DNA of 27,671 nucleotides from Ramazzottius varieornatus (lineage: Eukaryota; Animalia; Tardigrada). The translations under genes and the position numbers were made by a program. How positions within the stretch are numbered: the first letter of the stretch is position 1; every line of letters starts with the position of its first letter. The notes below the pieces were generated by a model. That model was not told where the DNA came from. It worked only from the letters and a program-made list of their open reading frames with translations, and ran no database searches. The stretch covers positions 1,885,823 through 1,913,493 of the forward strand of contig BDGG01000003.1 of NCBI GenBank assembly GCA_001949185.1, read 5' to 3'. Shown piece after piece: positions 1-11,883 of the stretch.

Positions 1-1369
1 TGTCCCTATTGACGCTCGGCTCACAAGTCAAATATTTACCTTGGCCGCCCCAATCATTTGCTACTCTATAATACACCCGTCCCAACCGGCTGATTATCCT
101 CGACGCTCTTTTGTTCGACGCCCACACTTGACAGGATAATACCGGCCAACAATTTCCCCTCACCGGTTCTGCTTTGGTCGATGACAGCCGTCCTTCCTAA
201 GCCTTCCTTCTCTGACAAGCAGAATGCACACAGATCGACATCAAACCAGTATAATGGCCATATTTGTAAAATATGTTGTCAATTTGTATCCACACGCTTT
301 GCACATCCATTGCCCGCAGCCTTGACAAGCCTGCTTACGGCATATTCCCTCTCCAGCGAAGGAAGCGTAATCCCCTCTCCTCGCTTCATGTCAATCAAAT
401 TCCTGACCCGCCGCATCCGACCATCACTCCCGTTAAACAGCTCTAATCAGCTCATCTTCACCGCTGAGCCGACTAATTTGTAACCACACCACCGACTTCA
501 CTTTCCCAATCTTTCTTGCCGCGTAACTCTTTAATCCTAAAATAGCTTCTCTTGGGAGCCATATCTGCCTATACCACAAATGCTAGTTGTAGTAAATTAG
601 CTATCGGTTAGCAGAGTTCACAAGTTAGTGAAGAAATCTCGATTCCAACCTGAGTCGATATTTTCGGATGGCGAGGTCCGTTCTCGCGGTAAACCCGACG
701 CAGCTTTAGTAGACGAAGCCACACCCAGGATGTGATTGTTTTCTCAGATGAAGTGAACGTGGCTTCGTTATCTTAATCACGACAGACATGTCAGAAGGGT
801 TTCTCAAGGAAGTGATAAAGACTAATGTTTCTTTTGTTCAGGCTTTCCCACAAGGCGCATCTTGACATGGGAGCCGGTCTTATTACCGTTGATCAGACTG
901 CCATCTCAGCTTACCTTCATCACCGAACATAAGCCCCGCGTAACATTTCACTATGCCTTCACCATCAGAGCATCCTCTCTTCCGATGTTTCGTTCTTCTG
1001 TTTTTTCATCCACAGTTTTCTAGAGAACAAGAAGTGATATACTGATGGCCATGATCGGGCGTAAGTTAGTTAGCTTCGCTTACACGGGGCTGTGCGACAA
1101 ATGAGATGATGGTGGCGATGAGCGGTCATTTTCGGCTTCTCGCTCCGGCAACAGCCATATTGTATGACGGTATGATCACGCAGAATGTCCGCCCAAATCA
1201 ACACCAACTGTGATCACATTCGTGACACAAGTGTGAATCGCTCACTATTTCGGGCTTCCTGTCCCCCATTTGACGTCTTTCTCCCATTCTTTCACATCTG
1301 TGTATGGCGTGACATCGACTGCAAAGACAACATGACTAGGTAGTGGAAAAGGAGACCGCACATCCGGTC
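1..1369. repeat. Left arm of a long inverted duplication (partner 25768-27214), truncated by the window start
   Basis: By eye, 1-569 is the exact reverse complement of 26646-27214; the same 100-aa ORF appears at 181..483+ and 26732..27034-. 1126-1369 is the exact reverse complement of 25768-26011. The middle (570-1125 vs 26012-26645) is collinear but clearly diverged, with indels. Confidence 0.95.
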
Positions 1370-3720
1370 CGATCCGAAGTCAAGCATGTTTCTTAGATGA
1401 CCATTGATAAAGATAGTCTAAGGATGCTTTGTGCTCTTGCTTCCTCCACTTCTTTGCACATTCTTGTAGTTGTTGCTGAATGCTGTCCTTCAGTCTAGAA
1501 ATACAAAATGTGTCCGCTCAATTACATTTGTCCGTACGGGAAACACGTTCGCGAACCGCAGGGAACCTCGATTGGCAAGTAGCCAGACGGGTAACGCAGG
1601 AAAGCACTTGACGTATGATGAGACGCCACTTTTCGGTTTAATTACCATCTCATCACAGGTAAGTCAGAACCGTACGCCCAACTCGTTGATAACCTCCTAG
1701 CGTGCTCGTTGTTTCTACGAAGAGCCCAAAAGACCTTATTCGCTAGTCGTGAAGGGACCACTTTCTGAGCGAGGCTCTTGATTTCCTATCCTTTCAGACT
1801 AAAGAAAGGTGTGCTCACCAAAAGTGATGAGCTTGACGAACCCACCACTACAGTTCCGGTCTGACCAAAGTCTTTCTTGAGACAGCTTAGGTCAAATGGA
1901 GGACGATACCGAACACGGAGACGTTTTACTTGGACGAAAAACCGTTCTGACGAAGAGATAGAGAGTATCGTGGCGCCCTCTAATCAGATAAGGTGATGCG
2001 TACGTGCGGGTAACAGGCAGTTAAGAACCCAGTTCCCCCAGGCTCCGCCAGACAAAATCTAAAGAACGACTCGTAAAACTTCGAGTAAAAACCAGGGAAT
2101 ACTGAAAAGAATGCGTGGTAGATTTTTGAAGTTGCTGAGAAGCGTGGTTATTCGGTCCAGCGATGACCACAGTTGGTGGCGCAGCAAACATAATACAGCT
2201 TCATTTCCTCCTGTAGGAGAATCCCGAATCAGAAAACAAAGTGAATGCGATAGATGTGATAGAATCTTAAGCGTACTACCTCTCCTCGTCGGGATTGTGC
2301 TTGGAAGAAGACTGCGTTGCGCGCTTTGCAGTTCGGACAAGGATGCTCATCCGTGTGCGGCAGTGTGGGATCGGCGATGACATCCGCCACGATGTGCGTG
2401 AGCTCACTATAAAAACAGAAAACTCAAGAAGGCAGGTAATAATAACAGGACAGGATCATAACTACGGGCACGCCAAGAGAGAGGAAAACAGTCAAGAGCA
2501 CGGGAAAATGATATAGCGAGCAGCTGGCACAGCCCTGTTCACGGACTATCACGGCCGGAGCCATAACCCCCTCACGCACGAGTAAATAATAATTGGGACA
2601 CAATGTAAAATAATATTCGAAAAATAAAAAATATGTCGCTTACTCGACTTTGTGCAGGATTTTATTAACATATCTGGAAGCGAAAAGAGCATCATTACTA
2701 CAGACAAAAGCGGGTGTGATCGAGAAGGTGGGGAACGAAACTCACACGCAGTTGTCGCTCGAAGGCTTGGTGAAATCACAGTTGCGGCACTGTAAAATAT
2801 TCTGGTTAGGCATTCTGTCGCGCGCCGCTTATCAACACAGGACGATGAAGACTGAAGAGTGTTCCTTACGGTGTACATAAGCTCCTTCAACTCTTTGTTT
2901 TCCTTGGGATACAGCATGTTGTTACTGAAAGAACGAAAGCGGTACTAACGCATTTGCACACAACGAAGAGTAATGCAAACCCAGCCTGTCCCACCACTCG
3001 TCGCAAAAGCGAATTCCGACATATCCCGGCCCTTGTGATCCATCCACCATCGCCATATCCCTCTGTAGCCCAACCGAATCTTCTTTCGAGACGCTGCGGA
3101 ATCAGATGATCCAGCAGAAGTCAATCACTGCGCAGAAGACTTTGAGTTTGAAGTCATCGATGACGAAAATCGTACAAGAATGCGAAACTGTGCTGAGTGA
3201 GTTACCATATTGCTGACAGCTCATCGCCCACCACATACACGTTGCATAGGTGCAATGCTAGCCCTGACGTATGCTCGGTCGCAGCTTGGGCCTTGGAATC
3301 TTGGATCAACCAAGGCAGGGTGTTCAGCACAGCCTTGACCGAGAAACATCGGCAATGGACCGAGCCCAGATATCGCGCCGGCAGATCGAAAAGATTCGCA
3401 GAAGAATGGCTTTGATCCTCCGAAGTCCGAACCTGGACACAACCTGATTTATTTACCTGGTTAGGGGCTTTGAACCTTCTAGTCCTTCTGGTTTACGCCA
3501 GACAACGGGAATTTCCACAAAACCAGACACGCTGTAAATTTATGAATATTTTCCAGTCAGATCGTAATATACAGCCAAGTCCCAGGAGAAAATTTAGCAC
3601 AAACATCAAGCGTGCACCGGGATAATTTGCCACAGGGAAAAACTAGGTAGGAAAACGGATAGATGGAGAGAAATGAGAATGAAGAAAGACTTCAAAGAAA
3701 CATCAAATTTTGAACAAATT

Positions 3721-4578
3721 CTACTGATAGTAGCCTGAAGGACCTCCTGCTCCTCCTTGGCCTCCTCCGAACTGTCCTCCTTGACCACCATACCCTTGAA
3801 GACCGCCCAGACCACCATACCCGTTAAGGCCTCTTCCTTGTCGTCCATAGCCTCCGAGCTGCCCGTAGGGGCTGTAGGCTTCCAGCCCACCGTATCCTGC
3901 CATTCCTCCGTAGCCGCCAAGACCCAAGGCCGAGTTACCGTAAGCTCCATTCCTGTACAGGCCGTTGTCCAGACCGTACGAACGACCGTAGGCTCCGATA
4001 CCCTGACCAGCGAGTCCTGCGAACAAGGAAAACAAGTTATTAGAGTCGGGGAGAGATTCACAGAAACTCGCTAGCCGCAAGTTGAAGAGGAAGTGATTAT
4101 AAAATCAAGAATTTGCACTACCTTGGACGTTTCCAGGTTGGGCATACGGTCCGGCTCCTTGCGCTCCGGGCTGGATAGCTCCGACCTGAGGTGAAGACTC
4201 CATGAGGGCAGCGGCGACAGCTGGACTGATGGATCCGGCGTTGCCCATGTTAGGTCCACTTCCTCCTCCGCCCATCATCCCGTTTGGACCTCCTCCACTG
4301 GGACCTCCTCCGTTCGGTCCTCCAGCGTTAGGTCCACCTTGGTTGGGTCCACCCTGGTTGCCACCCTGGTTGCCACCCTGGTTGCCGCCCTGGTTTCCTC
4401 CTTGGCCGCCGTAGTAGCCGTTGCCGGTCTGACCTGAAGAAACACGGAAATTAAGAGGAGGGATGGCGAAGGTAAACCGAAAGTACAACGAGGCACAACA
4501 GAATTTTCAAGTACCTTCCACTGCACAAAGCGCCAGTGCCAGAACCACGACGAAAGAGTATCCTGTGAAGGATGACAT
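3721..4578 (-). CDS. Secreted low-complexity Gly/Gln/Asn/Tyr-rich protein, 223 aa (cuticle/eggshell/adhesive-type composition)
   Basis: Exons 4578-4515, 4433-4122 and 4016-3721, GT-AG, both introns phase 1, 672 nt total. Signal peptide-like MSSFTGYSFVVVLALALCAVEG, followed by GGNQ/GGPN repeats and YGG-rich repeats. Confidence 0.85.
4349..4396. repeat. Coding 12-bp tandem repeat x4 (QGGN)n
   Basis: CCACCCTGGTTG x3 plus CCGCCCTGGTTT, inside exon 2 of the Gly-rich gene. Confidence 0.9.
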
Positions 4579-4980
4579 AGTGGACAGAAAGGGGAGCTCA
4601 CTGGGCAGAACGAAGACTCTCAAAGCTGAAGGAACGAAAACTGAAATGTGAAAAAGGTATTCCGGCCAAATGAAGACTTTTTCCCAAAAACGCACCGGGC
4701 ACAGGTCTGCCTGTTCCCAGCTGGAAAATTGTACAGTTTTTTGCTCGAACCCCTTTCGATGTCTATATGTGTGACACCTACCGTTCGTTGTGTAGCGGAG
4801 TAGGATGAGACGCTACATTGGTCCAATTTGCAAGCAGTTTCCCTCATGCCACGCCTCCAGCTGCGCCTAATATTGAACTCGAGCTTCCACATGGTATCCA
4901 TACACAGTAAATGGTCGATAGTAAACCCCGTGGTTATAACTTTTATTCTGGTGCACAAAAGGTCCTGTACGCACACCAAG

Positions 4981-5073
4981 ATGACGTCATGGATGCTTGG
5001 CACAGATTCTAGATGGATTGCTGATTGAGTAGTTCAGCCGTGGACGGGTGTTTTATTCAGCCTTATATCGATA
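4981..5073. promoter_or_regulatory. Candidate motifs in a divergent promoter: CRE palindrome ATGACGTCAT (4981-4990) and DRE TATCGATA (5066-5073)
   Basis: Exact matches to the CREB/ATF site and the Drosophila DREF/BEAF element, between the head-to-head Gly-rich gene and VPS54. Function is not shown. Confidence 0.35.
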
Positions 5074-5496
5074 ACTACGGAACTAGCGCCTACGACCTGT
5101 CACGAGCCGGTACAACGGGTAATTTTTCCATCAGTGCGCAAATTCTACCTCTACTGAACTGCAGACCGGGTGTTCGAACGACATTCGGAAGGGTGTTTCT
5201 GATATGAAAAATATTGATCGACTGGAATTGTCGTTCCAAAGTTGGGCTGCGCTCGACTTTGCGAAGCCGTTCTGTGTATGGATAATTCACTGAATAAGTC
5301 ACCTGTCCACCGCTGGAGTAGTTGTTAAACGAAAGTTGCAGTTTGCTCACTTTGCTGATTCGCGCTGGATCATCTTCGACATTCTTCCCGTACCGACGCT
5401 CATCTTATAGTCTTATCGGCTTGAATGGTAGCGCAGAAGGGTGGCCTATCGCTGCCATGAAGGACCGCCATACAGCAGAAGCCGCTACACGCTAGA

Positions 5497-8400
5497 ATGT
5501 CGTCGGGAAGGCACAACTCGACCTCCCATCTTCGCACTGAGGAAAGTGCGAACAGCTCGCCAGATTCCGTTTTGAACCGCTCCATCTCCAGAAACGATGT
5601 GGCTAATGGAAGCCTCATGGATGTCTCTTTATCGCGACCGCAGTCTCGTGTGTCGGTCAGCTCCAGAGTTGGAGCAGTATCCAGGCAGACATCATCGGCA
5701 TCTGGACAGTACGGTAAGTGTTTGATTGTTTGATGTATTCGGAAATGTGGTAGTATTTTCTCACTTGTTGTGGACTTGTCGTTTCTCTCCGTAGAACGGA
5801 ATCCTGATCGGGTCTTCGACTTCTATGACGCGTCGGTGAATCTGCCAGCTACCCTGAACGATCCGCGGAAGCCTCGTCCCAATGACTTCCTCACGAGAAC
5901 CTGGGGCGAAGGTTTTGTCGAGTCGACTGTTCCACCTTCGTCGCGCATCGTCGACATCGACATGTCCGTCTTTCGTGCCTACATCCACTCGATCAACATT
6001 CGTGAAGCCCTTCTCAAAGGTACCTGCTCGATGGCCGATGTTTCTGGAAGGCAAATCTCTGCTCGGACATCGAAACAGACCTCGAGCGCGGCGGCAGAGC
6101 TCGATTCCATTCCGAAGTTGTTCTTCAGTCAGTCTTTCAGTTTAGAAAATCCGATTACGTTCCGCGATGTGTTCGGTAGTTGGAAACTTTCAGAGAAGGA
6201 TGGCCTCAAGACTCTCAGGGCGACGCAGGAGAGACTGGCGCACTTTCTGGACTTGGTGGAAGCAGAAATTGCGAGAGTGGTGTCAGTCAGAGCGGAAGCC
6301 TTCTTCGGCATCGTCATCAGCCACGATCTTCTCCAAGAACGAATGGCGACGTCGCAGGAGAAAGTGACTGCCGCTAGGAACAGCCTTCGGGCTGTCGCAG
6401 ACATTTCAGTGAAACCTGCCATCAAAAATATGACGCTAGTCCAGGTAAGATTCGAACTTTGTGTTTACGGAAAGTTTCACCCGAGTGATTTTTAAGGAGT
6501 ATCATGTGAAACAGAATGTGGCTTTTTTCTACTTTCCAGAAGCGACATAACCTGGAAGAAATCTTCCAGAAGCTTCAGACGATGGCCACGATAAGTCAGA
6601 CGCAACTGACCATCCAGATGCTTCTGTCCAACGGGGACTTTGTCGGTGCGCTGGACCTCATCACGACGACGCGGGACATTCTGACGACAGACTTGGCCGG
6701 CCTCGTCTGCTTTCGACATCTCTCCCATCAGCTAACAGAGATGGAGAAGTTCATCGATAAGATGATGAGCATGGAATTCCGCAGGGCGTTGTCGGCCCAT
6801 CTCAACCGCTCGATAGAGATGTCCACAGCCAAAGAACAGATGCTGAACAGGGAACGGTTTGTGGCCATCGTAACGGGACTGCTCAGGCAACGGAGGTTCA
6901 ACGTCGTCGACTGGTTCCGAGAAGAAGCTCTGTCAGCGCTGCAAGCAACGCTGAAGTACGTGCTTATAAAACAGTTGACTGATCATCAAGAAGGCGATGT
7001 AGAAGATGGCAAGAACGGGAGAAGAAGTAGCGAAGAAGGAAGTCTACCGTATCATCTTCTGAGAACGCTGGAATTTCACGGCGTCGTTAAACTCCTCCAC
7101 GGTAAATTCTAAACTATTTTATCTAGAGGGAGCTGTTTATCGAGCATGAAAATCTTTCAAAAGCAGAAATAATTGTGAGAATTGACAACCGAAATAAATA
7201 TCTGGGAGCTCGGCAAACAAACTCGGCAACATCAACTTTTCAAGTAGCGCACGTTTCCAGTGTTATTGCGTAGAACGTGCACCACTTGTGGAACAATCTT
7301 GTTTCATAGGATTGTTTGCCGATCTGCCAATTAATGTCCGGGGTTTTTCGGTGGAAATATTTTATTTTTGCTGCTTTCTTCTGATAGGTATGAAGGATCC
7401 ACTGAAGGAAATCCTGACACGGATCAAAGCAGCTCATGACGTCACAAAGAGTCTTGACGTGCAGTTCCTCGCTCAAGAATCGCGGACGGGAACTCGGACG
7501 GAAGATACTTCCGGTGTGAGTTCCGCCGATCTGAACCGTCTTAGCACTCAGCTCCAAGAACTGCTCTTCGCTGTCGGCGAAGAACTACAAGAAGAAATTG
7601 TCAAAATATTGAATAAGACCAAGACCTGGCAAGACTTGAAACTGCAGAACGACAACCTCGTTCCCCTGTGGGACATCCTGCAGGATATCGCGAAGGACAG
7701 TGAAGCCATACTGGGTGTCAGAATGACCGTTCTGACGGCTCAGCTACAGAAACTGGCTTTCGCTTTCTTGAGTAAGTTCCACGAGGACAGAAAGCAGAAG
7801 CTGACGTTGATACTGGACAGCGAACGGTGGACGTCAGCTGAACTTCCGGTGGAGTTCCAGTCTTTCGTCGATAACATCGTCGACAAAGGAAGCTTCCTGG
7901 TTCCCTTACCACGACAAAGATCCGAAGAAGTGGTCAACGGGTAAGTTCTCTTTCGTCCTCACTGATGTTCTCTAATATGAAGGTTGGAATTGGGTAGTTT
8001 CGGAAAAAGAACTCCAATGGTCCGCAGACAACGCGTGCGTTTCTCAGCCACTTGCATCCCCTGAACTCAACATTTCGCGTGGTATCCATGTGTGTAGGAA
8101 CATGCAATGTAGTACAGATGACGGTCTGTCATGTACCTACGTATAGTCACCCGTATTTGCAGTATGGCCCGTCGGTATGCAGGTTGCAAGGAGACGGTTC
8201 AATTCATTTGCCGACTGCCAAGTGTTTCGCGATCTCATGTTTTCATCACAGTTTGTTCCTGTGGTACCCAGGGTGTTGTTTCAGTATTAATTGTTGTACG
8301 TTCCGGTGAAACAGTAATTGTTGTTTTCCAGGGACGAGCCAATAAGGTCGCCCAAGGCCGTGGTATCCTCCCTCGTGATCGGCGGAGAAGTCTACCTGGT

Positions 8401-9184
8401 GGTTGGGACCGTGGTGCTTCTCCTCAGGATGCTGGGCGAGTACATGGCTCTGACAGAGAAGCTGCCGTCCTCCATGAACATTGGCGGTGATCTGCTTCAA
8501 AAAGTGGTGGAGCTGTTGAAGATGTTCAATTCAAGGACATGTCAGCTGGTGCTGGGTGCGGGCGCCATGCATTCAGCTGGCCTCAAGTCCATCACTAGCA
8601 AGAACCTCATTCTTTCCTCACGCTGTCTCCAGCTGGTGAGACTCTTCGTTCCAGTAGTTCGAGAAGATCTCGTTAGATGCCTGTCTTCCAAGCAGAAACA
8701 CTTGACCAAAAACTTCGATACTCTGTTACGCGACTACGATTCCCATATCGAAGTAAGCACGTGAAAACCTGGAAAAAAAATTCGGATGAACATTAAAAAT
8801 GCTCTGTGTGTGTGTTTGCAGGAAGTCGAGAAAAAGCTGGTGCAGATCTTTGACGCTCAGCTCATCACGCACTTCTCTCGGTGGGAAGCGGCATTTCCCA
8901 TTCCTTCGCCTGCATTCAAAGCCATTGTTACGTCGGTAAAACGGTTGTACGATGCCGTCTCTGAAATGTTACCTCAAGCTCACTTGGAGCGCCTTTTTAA
9001 AAGTCTTTTGATTTTGTTCAAACGTAGACTAAAACAGCAGATTGCCAAGCTTAGTATACCACACGATGGTGGACCTCAACATGGCGTTGTCGTGTCAGAG
9101 ATCGCGTTCTTCCGCCACGAACTGCACGCACTCAAAAAGCTCAGTAGTTTAAGTGATATTTTAGATGATGTCTGGGAAAAATGA
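5497..9184 (+). CDS. VPS54: Vacuolar protein sorting 54 (GARP complex subunit), 921 aa
   Basis: Exons 5497-5713, 5795-6444, 6540-7101, 7388-7940, 8332-8752 and 8822-9184 splice in frame (2766 nt). Characteristic VPS54 motifs: NLPATLNDPR..DFLTRTWG, QERLAHFLDLVE, DFVGALDLI, FHEDRKQKLTLILDSERW, FNSRTCQLVLGAGA...GLKSITSKNL, DGGPQHGVV. Confidence 0.95.
7203..7329. mobile_element. ~125-bp fold-back (MITE-like) family, copy A, VPS54 intron 3
   Basis: Termini TGGGAGCTCGGCAAACAA ... TTGTTTGCCGATCTGCCA; core CAAGTAGCGCACGTT-N18-AACGTGCACCACTTG (7241-7288). Confidence 0.75.
7991..8220. mobile_element. Degenerate fold-back family copy H (termini only), VPS54 intron 4
   Basis: Left TGGGTAGTTTCGGAAAAAGAACTC and right CATTTGCCGACTGCCA resemble the family termini. 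The core is not recognisable. Confidence 0.4.
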
Positions 9185-9320
9185 AACTCGGTGTTGGTAG
9201 ATTCTTTTTTTGTTTGACGTGGTGCTGAAAATTTGTGATATGCAAAGAATGATAAAATACAAAACACGAAACAGAAGACTCGAACAATACGTTACAAAAT
9301 TAGTGAATAAAACATGGAGA

Positions 9321-11206
9321 TTATTGCTTCGCATTTATTAACGCGTCGTTCCTTCTAGAAACCTTCCTTAAAGAATCATTACTGCTGGGGGCATCACCAG
9401 TTACTAAAGGAATAGCACTGAAATTCTCTGTGAGAACTTCTCGTACAGTATCCAGGAAGTCAGTATTACTGTTGAGGGATTCAGTCAGCTGCTTGACTTG
9501 CTGCACGTAATTCAGCAGATCGCTTGGCTGACCATCACGAGCCACTACAAAGGTGGCAGTCTTGATCAGGACAGCAGCGAGATCCAAACCTTGGTCCACC
9601 GCGTGGGACATGAAAGCCATGATGTTCTTGACGAAAGCCGTCCGGTAACAACCACTGGCATAGACCAAGTCATAAATGTACCTACATTCGTCCGTCAGTT
9701 TGGTAAGACCCAGCCAGGTTTCTGTCAGGAACTGATGGTCTTTCTTCTCCAGGCCCAGGTCCATGATGGACAGACACTCGAGTGTCCCATCAGGTCTTTT
9801 CCTGAAACTGACGTCTCGGAGCTGCTGTAAGGGAAGGCTTTCTTGGACAATGTCTTCGGTGAGGATGGCGAGTACTTCCGTGTCGAGTATGGCTACTTGA
9901 TCAGGAAGCTGCTCAAGGACCGCTTTCGCATACAAGGAATCTCGTGCTGAATCAATTCTCCTGGAGGAGGAAGTCAGCTGGTTTCCCGAAGCTTTGGGAG
10001 ACTCCAGAGACTTGTCTGGTGCTATTCTTTTCCGTTCTGTTTTCAACATCACCTGCTTACCCGCTTGTTTTATCTACAGAGGGAAAAGCATTCAGCCAAT
10101 TGTGGTGAGTCCGAGAATGAAACACTGATCACGCACGACGTCAACATTGACGTCTTGAGTACTGACGTAACGCGGGAGTCAAATGGGGCAGCGGCCCCGT
10201 TGCTTACCTGATCGAGGGTCACTTCGCTTTGCGTCATTAGCTTCCTCTTGTTGTTCCTGTACCTTTCATAAAGACCATGAAAGCTGGGATCGTTGAAAAC
10301 TTTCTCCATACTCAAAGCATCCATTTGTAACGGTGAAAGCGTTGGTTTTCTCACGCCCAAGGAAAACAGCTCATCGCCCAGTTGGGAAGCTTTTGCTGAA
10401 GATGGGCGGGAAACGGACGAATCCAGCTGCAACTTCGTCGCGTTCTCAACAACTGAGGAATTGTTTTCGAGCTTCGAAGAAGGTTTGAGACGACTCATCT
10501 TAGTTCTTTCTAGCGTCCGTTTTTCTCTTCTCTCGTCAGCAGATTTCAGTTCCCAGCCAGCTTTTGTTACGTAATGGTTCTTGTCAATGTAGGAATCGCT
10601 GACTGCTGGTATATTTGCCGAGCATCGTGCTTGGGAAGATATCAAACTGCCCAAATCAGACGTCGAAGAGCTCAGAGGAGACTTCAAGGCTTGTAGGTAC
10701 TTCCTGGCTGTCTCGGTAACTGGTGATGTCTTTACGGGTGTGGCGGACTCCGAGGATGTTTCCTGAATCAACGATGCCAGCGATCCATCCGTACTGGTCT
10801 TTGTTCTTTCTCTTCCGGGTGCCGTCAGTTTCGTCCCGGTAAGGGTTTCGTTACTGCGTTTAGTTTCGGCAGATGTTCCCGACGCTCGTGGGCTATCCTG
10901 GGAGGACTTTTGTTGCAGGTAAGAGTTTGACGAGTCTGTCGTCGGCGGAGAAGACAGCTGATGCGCCGATCGAATTGTCTGGCCTTCAGAACCTTCGGTA
11001 ATCACGCTTCGTCTTCTGGCAGAAGTAGGCTGCGTCGCGGCAGATGCGTGAGAGCAAGCAGTAGGAAGTTTTCGGGAAATACTGTGTTGCGCGGAACGTG
11101 TGGGTAAGCGAAGGCAGTGGAAAGAGTCTTCCGCACGCGAACGGGAGGGCGGAATCAGGCATTCATCGCCGTGATTACTTTGCGGTCTCTGCGACGGTTT
11201 ACTCAT
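9321..11206 (-). CDS. Uncharacterised 583-aa protein: Ser/Thr-rich, likely disordered N-terminus and helical-looking C-terminal domain
   Basis: Exon 1 is 11206-10208 (ATG to ...TLDQ|GTAAGC). A phase-0 intron (10207-10074) ends TTTTCCCTCTGTAG. Exon 2 is 10073-9321. This joins the 378-aa and 243-aa ORFs; no family recognised. Confidence 0.75.
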
Positions 11207-11883
11207 TTTTCACAGTCAAAACAAGATTCACTCCACCAAATAGTTATTTTCAGCTTGCCATTTTCTTTGTCAATAGGAAAATATATTACTGGAAATTTCG
11301 AAGTGAATTTTCCAGTGATATCCGAAACGATCGATGTTCCTTGAATATTTTGCTCATGAATATTATTTCGTAGGAGTATTTCAAGTGGCGGGATGTAGAG
11401 TGTTCTTGTGAATTGCTGGTTGCGAGTGATTGAACGAGAGGTTGCAAAGCAACTGTTCCTTTTCCTGCGGAGGACCTCAACATCGAAGCGAAGACCCAAA
11501 GGAAAAACCCTCTGAAAGATCGAACTTGCCCTGCCTTGAATCTTCACGGTTCAAACAAGGATCGCATGATGAAAAGGTGTTTGTTTATAATTTACAATCT
11601 GACAAATTATTACTATACGACAAAAAGCTACAGTGGAATCAGTCACAAGTCGGAATAAAATAAGACTTACTAAAAGTCCGGACGTGCGAGCAAGCAAGCA
11701 TACAGACATACATACAAGGACTATATAAAAGACTAGGTTTGTCAGAGGAAAAATTTCATACAAAAGAGCTGCTTAAATTAACCTTGTCGAGACAAAACAA
11801 GTTAACTTAAACAACATCGAGAGAGGGATAGAATTCTGTAAGAATGAATTCACTACAAAGGCACGGAAACTTCAAAGATCACT

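Noticed and set aside
181-483. Identical 100-aa ORF at both window ends as a real duplicated gene or transposase
   Set aside because: No recognisable motif, and the surrounding frame has several stops. The identity simply follows from the inverted duplication.
4202-4414. Pro/Trp-rich ORF (PPWL repeats) on the plus strand
   Set aside because: Antisense shadow of the GGNQ repeat exon.
11203-11547. 114-aa minus ORF just upstream of the orphan gene
   Set aside because: Different frame from the orphan, non-ATG start, and no convincing splice link or homology.
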